From an uncultured archaeon (GTDB taxonomy: Archaea > Thermoplasmatota > Poseidoniia > MGIII > CG-Epi1), in contig CAZVIT010000003.1 of assembly GCA_964626865.1 (NCBI GenBank), forward strand, positions 1 to 36,428: a stretch of 36,428 nt of DNA, read 5' to 3'. Made by a program: the position numbers and the translations under genes. Positions 24,065-31,531 of this stretch are shown here, in pieces; position 1 is the first letter of the stretch; the number at the start of each line of letters is the position of its first letter. The notes under the pieces were generated by a model, which did no database searches, was not told where the DNA came from, and was given only the letters and a program-made list of their open reading frames with translations.

Positions 24065-25587
24065 TTATCTTTGAAGACAATAATTCCTTCTCTTAATATT
24101 GAAATTATCAAATCTATTTCTTCAGAGGTTATACTGAAATGTGGTGTAAATCTTAAAGCATTGGTTCCTCCATGAATCACTCCAAGTCCTCTTTTACGAC
24201 ACCATGGTTCCATGCCACTAAAGCCCACAACAGGTATTTCGGGCCTCAATTCTGCACTACACAACAATCCAGTCCCCTGTATTTTGAGAACCTCATCAGG
24301 AAATTCAGACATAAGATTGTTCAATTTGTCAACAAATTCCTTCCCTTTTTCCCTAATATTTAGTCTTAATTCTGGAGTTATACTTTCCAGAACACTTACG
24401 GCAGTCTCTAATGCACGAGGATTAGTAGTCATTGTATTTCCATAAATGCCATTTACATACAACTCTGAAGCTCTTGAATTCATACCAAGAACTGATAAGG
24501 GATATTGGCCAGCATTAAGTGCCTTAGACCATGTTTCAAGATCTGGCGCCTCACAATCTTCAAAACCTTCGTAATCAATAATCGAAAGACAACCTTGTCC
24601 TCTAAAACCGGCTTGAATTGAATCAATTAGCAATAGTGAACCGTGGTTATTTGTTAATTTTCTTGCTTCATCATAAAATTCTCTAGTTATACATTGACCT
24701 GGATTACCCTCTCCCTGAACGGGTTCAATTGCCATTAACTCAATAAATACATTATTTTTATCTGCATAATCAAATATTTTTCTTAAAGCATCTATATCAT
24801 TTGAAGGAACTAAATACAAATTATCTCTATCTCTAAATGATGCTAAATTCTTATCGTATCCGTCTTTACATGAATGTGATATTTGAGCGGGTCTATCTGT
24901 TCGACCATGAAACCCTTGTTCAATAGCTAATAATTTTATTTCTTTACCTTCGTGTTTTCCCCCTGGAGAAGTATGCACATTAGAGTTAACATCTGCAATT
25001 CTAAGACTTACTGATACTGATTCTGAACCACTATTAACACAAAGATACCTATCAAACGGACAAGATCCTCTTGTATGGCCTAGTTCTTTATTTAATGCAT
25101 CAACAAATCTTTGCTGAGAAAAAGAAGGAGTCATTACATTTGCCATAACCCAATTTTTAGACATCGAAGATATTACATTCTCTGGACCATGGCCTGAACC
25201 TAACATTCCGTAGCCACCATTGTCATGTACTACTGCACCATGAGAAGTGATTATCCATGGGCCTTGGGCTCCAATTGCAACATATGGATTAATCGTAGCA
25301 GGTGCATAAAAATTAACAAAACCTTCCTGAAGATGCTTAACAAGCTCTTTTTCACTCTTCATTAGTAATTCATTACCTAATGATTCTCTAAGCTCTGAAT
25401 GATAATCGTGTGCTTGAGTAATTGCCTCTTTGAGACTAGCGTCCAACGAGAGGAAAGTAAAAATTTCAAAATTTGAAAGGCCTGGAGTATCTGACTCGCC
25501 ACTATTTTTTCTAATGTCCTCTATCTTAGAAAGATAAATCGAAGAAACTTCTATTTCTTCTTCTTGTTTATTATCTAAAGCTTGCAT
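24061..25587 (-). CDS. Class-III (fold type I) PLP-dependent aminotransferase with a ~100-aa N-terminal extension
   Basis: Motifs are GGYGMLGSGHGPENV, NSGSESVSVSLRIA, EPVQGEGN and LLIDSIQAGFRGQG (the DxxQ PLP-binding Asp). The putative Schiff-base Lys sits in TWSKALNAGQYPLS, followed by TMTTNPRA. The gene overlaps the convergent lyase by 4 nt. Confidence 0.8.
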   Translation of the reverse strand: MQALDNKQEEEIEVSSIYLSKIEDIRKNSGESDTPGLSNFEIFTFLSLDASLKEAITQAHDYHSELRESLGNELLMKSEKELVKHLQEGFVNFYAPATINPYVAIGAQGPWIITSHGAVVHDNGGYGMLGSGHGPENVISSMSKNWVMANVMTPSFSQQRFVDALNKELGHTRGSCPFDRYLCVNSGSESVSVSLRIADVNSNVHTSPGGKHEGKEIKLLAIEQGFHGRTDRPAQISHSCKDGYDKNLASFRDRDNLYLVPSNDIDALRKIFDYADKNNVFIELMAIEPVQGEGNPGQCITREFYDEARKLTNNHGSLLLIDSIQAGFRGQGCLSIIDYEGFEDCEAPDLETWSKALNAGQYPLSVLGMNSRASELYVNGIYGNTMTTNPRALETAVSVLESITPELRLNIREKGKEFVDKLNNLMSEFPDEVLKIQGTGLLCSAELRPEIPVVGFSGMEPWCRKRGLGVIHGGTNALRFTPHFSITSEEIDLIISILREGIIVFKDN

Positions 25588-25611
25588 TATCTTCCAGAAC
25601 AGATATGATTA

Positions 25612-26022
25612 TTAAAAGGATAGGCCTCTATTACTCAGTGTTTGTGCAAATGTAGCTAATTCTTCTACACAAGAAATCTCCTTATTTGTCAAAATGAAAA
25701 GTTTGCGTCTTAGCTGATCATTTGGTTTTAAATCTGAAGATTCACCATACATAATCAGCTGTTTAGCTAATTTATGCCCTGCTTTATCCCAATCTGTTAA
25801 AATGATAAATCCAGTAGATGAACCTGAATTCTGGAAGATTCGTTCAACTGTAGTCAACACCGAAGTGCCATCATTAAGTTCAATAATTTCATTACTAATT
25901 TCTAATTTTCGTAAGGCAATAGTATCTCTTTTTCCTTCAACAACAATAGGTAAATTAAGTGATTTTATATCATTCAAAATTCTCTGAAAATCAAGAAAAC
26001 GCTGTTCTTTATTTGATTTCAT
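25612..26022 (-). CDS. Small Toprim-domain protein (COG1658-like, RNase M5/primase-related)
   Basis: Motifs are IVVEGKRDTIALRKL (Toprim Glu) and FIILTDWDKAGHKL (DxD). I chose ATG at 26022 because GGAG lies about 9 nt upstream. The tracked TTG at 26055 adds 11 poorly supported residues. Confidence 0.7.
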   Translation of the reverse strand: MKSNKEQRFLDFQRILNDIKSLNLPIVVEGKRDTIALRKLEISNEIIELNDGTSVLTTVERIFQNSGSSTGFIILTDWDKAGHKLAKQLIMYGESSDLKPNDQLRRKLFILTNKEISCVEELATFAQTLSNRGLSF

Positions 26023-26117
26023 AACACTAACTCCTTGTACTACCATATTATGCAATGTTGTATATAATTGAAATGCAGCTTACCTTAATTTTTAAGTTAA
26101 GGTGTCTTTCACGGGTA

Positions 26118-26834
26118 ATGATTAGAGTTGCAGGACTAACGAAATATTACAGTGGTAAACCTGCAGCAAAAGAAATTACTTTTAGTGTAGAAAAGGGCGA
26201 AATTTTCGGATTATTAGGAACAAATGGAGCCGGAAAATCTACAACAATAAAAATGCTTTGTGGATTACTTAAACCAAGTAAGGGAACTATAACTATTGGA
26301 GGTATTGATTTACAGAGAACTCCATTGAAAGCAAAGGCAATAATGGGTTATCTTCCTGAAAACCCATTACTTTACGATAAACTAACGGGTGCTGAATGCT
26401 TAGAACTAATTGGGAAATTACGGAAATTATCTACTGATATGATTAAGCAAAGAGTTGCATATTATGCCAAGACATTAGGTCTAGATGAACAGATTTACCA
26501 AGAAGTAGGTACATACTCCAAAGGTATGAAACAAAAGATTGCTATTGCCATGACTTTAATTCATGATCCTGAAATGGTATTGCTAGATGAACCTGCAAGT
26601 GGATTAGATCCAAGATATACCAAATTACTCAAGGATTGGATTAAGAATCTTGCTGCTAATGGAAGAACTGTTCTACTTTCAACACATATTATTGAAATGG
26701 CTGAGAATCTATGTACTAAAGTTGCTATCATAGACAAAGGACAACTTTTGGCCGTAGGTACTGTGCAAGAGATACAGGCTAGTACTGGAGTCAATAACTT
26801 AGAAGACGCATTTATCAGATTAATTGGCGATTAG
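26118..26834 (+). CDS. ABC transporter ATP-binding protein (ABC-2/CcmA-like); no permease gene adjacent
   Basis: Walker A is GLLGTNGAGKST. The Q-loop is GYLPE and the signature-like motif is YSKGMKQKIAIA. Walker B is LLDEPASGLD and the H-loop is LLSTH. The start is taken at MIRVAGLTKYY, because the tracked start at 26055 adds a non-homologous leader. Confidence 0.85.
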   Translation: MIRVAGLTKYYSGKPAAKEITFSVEKGEIFGLLGTNGAGKSTTIKMLCGLLKPSKGTITIGGIDLQRTPLKAKAIMGYLPENPLLYDKLTGAECLELIGKLRKLSTDMIKQRVAYYAKTLGLDEQIYQEVGTYSKGMKQKIAIAMTLIHDPEMVLLDEPASGLDPRYTKLLKDWIKNLAANGRTVLLSTHIIEMAENLCTKVAIIDKGQLLAVGTVQEIQASTGVNNLEDAFIRLIGD

Positions 26835-27472
26835 AAAATCTGAACTTTACCAGTTTCCTCTTTACATTTATTGACTATTTCACGTGCCCAAGATAATTTT
26901 TGAAGTTTTTTCAAACTAAATTTCCCAGTATATGCTCCAACCTCTTCAAAATTAAATCCTACTAAATTAACTCTATCTGCCCCCATTCCTAATGACATCA
27001 TCAAGGCTCTATCTCCATCTGTAAAACCCCCCCAACAATTAGTCTCTGGAGAAGGATATGTAGTTGTTAAACTAATTGGTTGAATTTCCTTAGAAAATTC
27101 AAAAAGTCTAGATAAGTTATCGCCGTGACCATGCACCACTATCTTTGAACCTTGCTTATTTGCCCATACCATATCTGGTAAATGGCCGTCTAAATCTGTA
27201 ACTATTATATCTGGAATTAAATTCCTCTTAAGGCAAGCTGAAACTGCTCCATCTGCAGCAATTAGAACTCCGACTGGAATTGTTTCGTTTGCAGTTATTC
27301 CTGCACCAATTATCGTTACAGTATTATGTAATAATAAAGTTGATAAGTTCCCTTTAGGTTTGTATAATCTTGAGATTAAGCGTGACGAAACTTCCTCCCG
27401 AGATTTAGAAAAACCGAACTGGGAATTGATTTCCTCTTGAAGAGGCCACCACCAGTCTATGGCAAAAGACAA
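26831..27472 (-). CDS. mptE: MptE-like (DUF115) 6-hydroxymethyl-7,8-dihydropterin pyrophosphokinase family protein
   Basis: TIIGAGIT...LIAADGAVSACLKRNLIPDIIVTDLDG...VVHGHGDN matches my recollection of the DUF115/MptE signature. The start is TTG. Confidence 0.55.
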   Translation of the reverse strand: MSFAIDWWWPLQEEINSQFGFSKSREEVSSRLISRLYKPKGNLSTLLLHNTVTIIGAGITANETIPVGVLIAADGAVSACLKRNLIPDIIVTDLDGHLPDMVWANKQGSKIVVHGHGDNLSRLFEFSKEIQPISLTTTYPSPETNCWGGFTDGDRALMMSLGMGADRVNLVGFNFEEVGAYTGKFSLKKLQKLSWAREIVNKCKEETGKVQIF

Positions 27473-27501
27473 CTGAATCTAATTATTTATTAGAATCTTG
27501 C

Positions 27502-30500
27502 CTATAAGGCATTGCCGTCTTCATCACAAGGAACTTCTTCACCTGTGTCTGGATCTATGTAATAAAATGAACCATCTTCATCTTCATAAATCTCAACTTC
27601 ATATTCATCATCCTCACCGAAATCTCCGAAATCTCCGAAGTTTGCGTCGGCCATTGAGCCACCAGATGCTGCTGCACTTAACATGTTCATAATGTTGTTC
27701 TCAACAGCTGCTGCATCTCTAGCTTCTTTTGATGATTCTAAAGCATCAATCTTGCGCTTGGTTGTTTCATAAGATTCTGTCATCTCTGTTAGCTTCTCTA
27801 ATTGCTCATCACGTTCCATTTTCAGAATACGTGCAAGATGCTTTTCAATTTTTGATAAGTCATCACGTGCTGCAACTAAGCGTGCTAAAGATTCGTGGAA
27901 TCTTTCTGCAACCATTTCTATATCTGGATCCTCCAAGTCTAGTTGCATTTCCTCATCCTTCTTTTGGCGTGCTTCTTCAGCGGCCTCAAGTTCTTTGAGT
28001 TTATCTTCTGCAGCTATTTCCTGGGCTTTTACCAGTATGCTATTGAAAGCTGCAATATGCTCTTCCAATTTTGTCGCTGCACGGGATGCATCATAAGCGG
28101 AGACTTCCATAAGTTCTTCACGCTCTGATATACTTTCCATGCGGCGCTCTACACTCTCTAGTCTTTGTCGGTCTCTTTCGTTCATTTCTTCGTCACCTGC
28201 TATTTCACCTTGTTGCATCTTGAATGCTGTTCCTGATAAGATTGCTCCTAGCAAGAAGAACCCAAGTAAAGCAATTAGGTTGTAAGTATAAGAACTTCCT
28301 TCTAATGTTACCATTTCGTCGCTAACGGAGACTGCTACTGTCTGTGAATCACTGCCTCCAGAATTATCATATGCTGTTGCTACAACATTAAAATTACCTG
28401 ATACAGAATAAGTGTGTGTTGCAGTAACTGTCTGTCCTTCGAAATCTGAAGCTAAGAATGTTTGCTCTTCACCGTCTCCAAATTCAATAACGAAGTGAGT
28501 TACTGTACCATCTGCATCAGTTGGTATTGTAAATGAGAAAAAGTGTTCAGTACCCTGTACTGGGTTATCAAGTGATGGTGCTGCAACTGTTGGATTAGTG
28601 TTAGCTATTGTAGTATCAAATGTGTGAGTTCCACTTTGTCCATTAGCATCTACGTATACCATGCTTGTGGTCCAAGTTCCTGCCTTGGTATATGCAGAAC
28701 CGCTCCAAGAAGCATCATCGTAAGTACAAGTCACGCCCGTAGTGCTACATTCTGCTTGACCCCAAGCGCTCATATCTGTGCTGAAGGTCCTAGCTGTTAA
28801 GGTAAATGTGTGTGTGTCTGAACTGAAATCAACATTATCTGAAATAGTAAATGATTGATCGCCGCTAGCTGAGGCCATTATACTGAAAGTAATTTGCTGA
28901 GTCAAGCCTGCACCGACATTGTATGATGAGGTATCAAAACTAACTGAATCAGACATGGATGTCACGATAAATGTTGCGGAAACTCCAGTGTTTTGAATTG
29001 TAGCTGTTCCTTGACCAACGGTGCCTTCATTGAAAGTATATGCACCAGCTCCAGTAATTGCTAATGATCTTGTTGAGGAAGCTACTACTACGTCATAAGA
29101 ATCTGAAGATGCTGCCTCACTAGATGTTGCTGATAGGCCTATTGAAGAAGTTGCCGCACTAGGTGCGTCTGTTGGTACTAGAACTGTAACTGTTACGGTA
29201 GCTGAAGAATCTGATGCTAAAGAAACTGTATTATCTGATTTAGCTGTAGCCCAAACACCGCTGTGACCAATTGTAAATGTATTAAAACCGTTACCAGTAT
29301 TTGTTACTGTAAAAGACAAAACTCCTTGGTCGCCTGGTTTTAATCCTGTCAAAGTTCCTGCTGAAACTGTAACTCCATAGACCTGATTAGCAGTTGTTGT
29401 AACTACTTCAGATGAACCAGCTCCATTTATTACAGTAAATGTTACAGAAGCAGTATCACCTGCGCCCGCATTAGCTGGGATAGTCTGAGTTACTGAAATA
29501 GTATCAGATTCTCCCATATCCAATGTAGTACTACCACCAGGTGTACTTACTGTCCATGATGATGAAACCGTGTAATCCATCTTTTCTTGGGCATTACCTG
29601 TGTTCAAAATTGTGAAATGATATGTGACTGTATCTCCAGGGCCTCCTGAAAGGTCACTATCTCCTGTTAATTCATGTCCAGTAACTGTGCCAACAGTTGT
29701 TGTACCACTTGAAGATTTTTCAACTGCTACATCATTAGTAGCTACTGCATCAACACCCCAAGTATCTTTAGTTCCTGCAAGAACTTTAGGTACTGTCACA
29801 GTCACATCAAAATCTGCTGAACTTCCAAAAGCAACTGTTACAGGTGATACACCTGATAACCAGTCATTAAGGCTACTTGTTGTAATTGTGTAAGTATCCT
29901 CGGAATTACCATTATTAGTTATAGTAAATGTATAAGTGTTAGTGCCTGGCGCTGCAGTAACATCTGTACTTCCTCCACCTTTTATTTCTATCTCAAAATC
30001 ACTTGTCTCATTAACATCAATTGTACTACCAAAATCTGCTGGTACTGCTACCCCATATAAATCTGCAACCTCAAAAGTAACTGTCCTAAGACCTCCTCTT
30101 TCGTCAATTATTGTAGCCTCTGCAACAGTTATAGTATAATTTGAGTTAGCGTCAAAATTCATAATATAAGGGGCGGAACTGTGTTCAATAATTGCATGAA
30201 CTGTTAGAGAATCGCCGTCGTCGAGGTTAATGTCATCTACCGTTACATTTATAACAAAATTTGAATCGAATTTCTTAGCTGAACCATCTGAAACAACTGG
30301 CAAGTCATTAATCGTTACGTCTAAAGAATCTAGGTTATCTCCTGTGTCTGCATCATTACTTGCTGAAAATTGAACTGCCTGAGCTGCAGCATTCCAAGCT
30401 ACTGTCGTAGAAACTGTATAATTCTTACCAACTCCATTTACACAAACTCCAGCATCTGCGTCTCCATTTTCACTTAATGAATGTGAGACACCTCCAACAT

Positions 30501-31404
30501 CTACTGATACTAAAGGTCCTGTTTGAGCTTCAAATATACAATAAACTACGTCAAAGCCTATTTGATCACCTTCGCCTGCAGAAGTAGGACTTACTGAATC
30601 GCTTACTAACCATGGTTTGTCAGTGTCAACTGAGAAAGATGCTGTTCTTTCATCCTCAGCTGCATCATAACCATCTGTACCACTTACTGTAACTGTAAGG
30701 TCACCACCAAATGCTGTCTGAAAATCTGCTGAATAAACTGCACCAGTTTCTTCGTCACCAGATTCTTTTATTAAATCAACTGGAGTTTCACAGCTGCTTG
30801 GGTCACTATCTTCACAAACTTCTGCTGAGAGAACTCCTGCATGGCCGTCTGCATCAGTGTAAGTTATTGTAACTGTTCTAGTTGAATAAGGCATATCGTC
30901 GCCTGTAACTGCTGCATCATCACTCAATACTGGAAGTGTGTTAACAGTTATACCTGTTGATTGAGTAACGACTCTCCACTCAAAATCTCCATCACTAGTT
31001 GATACTTTAAAATTGTAAAAAATAACCTCGTCTCCTAACTCTGAAACTGTATCTTCTGCAGCCAATGTGTCTGGAGTCTTCCAAGTCCCATCAAGATCAT
31101 CACCTGAACCATCACAATCTGCAACTTCAGTATCATCACACACTAATGTAACTTCATGAGTCCAGTCTCCGCTTGAATCGCCAAATACTGCAACAAAGGT
31201 ACCTGCAACTATAGTCTCATCAGTAGAATCATCTGCATCAAGTACAATACTAAAAGATATACCTGAAGAAGGATCAAGTCTAGTAACGTCTGAAGGTTCA
31301 AAACTTTCACTATCCATAGTAGCTGCTTGTGAACTGCCTATCAAAAATAGAGATAGGACTCCAAGAGCCAAAGCCGACATAAATGCAACACGATTATTTA
31401 TCAT
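27502..31404 (-). CDS. Giant single-pass (type I) surface protein: signal peptide, CARDB-like and PKD ectodomains, one TM, and a 239-aa cytoplasmic coiled-coil tail
   Basis: The signal peptide is MINNRVAFMSALALGVLSLFLIGSSQAA. Ectodomain signatures include TFTITNNGNSEDTY, HFTILNTGNAQEKM, SFTVTNTGNGFNTF and ATIQNTGVSATF. The PKD-like domain reads FVIEFGDGEEQ...THTYSVSGNFNVVATAYDNSGGS. The TM is YNLIALLGFFLLGAILSGTAF (28222-28284). The E/K/R/A-rich heptad tail spans 27505-28221. Confidence 0.85.
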   Translation of the reverse strand: MINNRVAFMSALALGVLSLFLIGSSQAATMDSESFEPSDVTRLDPSSGISFSIVLDADDSTDETIVAGTFVAVFGDSSGDWTHEVTLVCDDTEVADCDGSGDDLDGTWKTPDTLAAEDTVSELGDEVIFYNFKVSTSDGDFEWRVVTQSTGITVNTLPVLSDDAAVTGDDMPYSTRTVTITYTDADGHAGVLSAEVCEDSDPSSCETPVDLIKESGDEETGAVYSADFQTAFGGDLTVTVSGTDGYDAAEDERTASFSVDTDKPWLVSDSVSPTSAGEGDQIGFDVVYCIFEAQTGPLVSVDVGGVSHSLSENGDADAGVCVNGVGKNYTVSTTVAWNAAAQAVQFSASNDADTGDNLDSLDVTINDLPVVSDGSAKKFDSNFVINVTVDDINLDDGDSLTVHAIIEHSSAPYIMNFDANSNYTITVAEATIIDERGGLRTVTFEVADLYGVAVPADFGSTIDVNETSDFEIEIKGGGSTDVTAAPGTNTYTFTITNNGNSEDTYTITTSSLNDWLSGVSPVTVAFGSSADFDVTVTVPKVLAGTKDTWGVDAVATNDVAVEKSSSGTTTVGTVTGHELTGDSDLSGGPGDTVTYHFTILNTGNAQEKMDYTVSSSWTVSTPGGSTTLDMGESDTISVTQTIPANAGAGDTASVTFTVINGAGSSEVVTTTANQVYGVTVSAGTLTGLKPGDQGVLSFTVTNTGNGFNTFTIGHSGVWATAKSDNTVSLASDSSATVTVTVLVPTDAPSAATSSIGLSATSSEAASSDSYDVVVASSTRSLAITGAGAYTFNEGTVGQGTATIQNTGVSATFIVTSMSDSVSFDTSSYNVGAGLTQQITFSIMASASGDQSFTISDNVDFSSDTHTFTLTARTFSTDMSAWGQAECSTTGVTCTYDDASWSGSAYTKAGTWTTSMVYVDANGQSGTHTFDTTIANTNPTVAAPSLDNPVQGTEHFFSFTIPTDADGTVTHFVIEFGDGEEQTFLASDFEGQTVTATHTYSVSGNFNVVATAYDNSGGSDSQTVAVSVSDEMVTLEGSSYTYNLIALLGFFLLGAILSGTAFKMQQGEIAGDEEMNERDRQRLESVERRMESISEREELMEVSAYDASRAATKLEEHIAAFNSILVKAQEIAAEDKLKELEAAEEARQKKDEEMQLDLEDPDIEMVAERFHESLARLVAARDDLSKIEKHLARILKMERDEQLEKLTEMTESYETTKRKIDALESSKEARDAAAVENNIMNMLSAAASGGSMADANFGDFGDFGEDDEYEVEIYEDEDGSFYYIDPDTGEEVPCDEDGNAL
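27617..27643 (-). repeat. 3 x 9-nt tandem repeat (CCGAAATCT, CCGAAATCT, CCGAAGTTT on the plus strand) encoding NFGDFGDFG
   Basis: Read directly from the sequence. It lies within the extreme C-terminal acidic peptide of the 1300-aa protein. Confidence 0.8.
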
Positions 31405-31413
31405 TTGTACACC

Positions 31414-31445
31414 AATTGCGTGAAATTAAAACCCGTAAATTGCGT
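31414..31445. promoter_or_regulatory. Direct repeat AATTGCGT (31414-31421 and 31438-31445) flanking a TATA-like box in a divergent promoter
   Basis: Two identical octamers lie 24 nt apart. They bracket TTTTAATTT (minus strand, 31422-31430), which sits about 18-26 nt upstream of the giant gene's ATG at 31404. The statistical support is weak. Confidence 0.2.
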
Positions 31446-31531
31446 TCACAAGCTCTAAGTTCAGGTGTTGTACTACAATCGCTCTTTATATAAATTTATT
31501 TGTTGAATGATATGTGTAAAAAGAGATAAAT

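Noticed and set aside
27498-27692. A plus-strand 64-aa His/Leu-rich ORF (HLHLHKSQLHIHHPH...) that looks like a metal-binding peptide.
   Set aside because: It is the antisense reading of the D/E/G/F-rich C-terminal tail codons of the 1300-aa protein, and the His/Leu richness is a codon-complement artefact.
29624-30139. Two plus-strand ORFs (89 and 67 aa) inside the giant surface-protein gene. Similar antisense or alternate-frame ORFs occur elsewhere: 84-296, 744-938, 2434-2676, 4408-4614, 5876-6214, 7342-7656, 8131-8337, 10619-10801, 11939-12211, 14591-14815, 15311-15517, 16507-16920, 17035-17226, 19637-19864, 20234-20452, 22477-22680, 22885-23163, 23353-23658, 23734-23928, 24172-24445, 25802-25987, 26561-26794, 27729-28128, 31926-32186, 33956-34165, 34308-34514, 34779-35006 and 35047-35271.
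   Set aside because: All lie wholly within, and mostly antisense to, genes with strong family motifs. Their translations are low-complexity or hydrophobic junk with no recognisable signatures.
27502-31404. The giant gene has visibly higher GC than its neighbours, which could suggest horizontal acquisition.
   Set aside because: The shift is explained by amino-acid composition. T/S/A/G/D/V-rich ectodomain codons are GC-richer than the K/N/I-rich codons of neighbouring genes. The 986-aa surface gene shows the same tendency. No flanking repeats, integrase or tRNA boundary are present.
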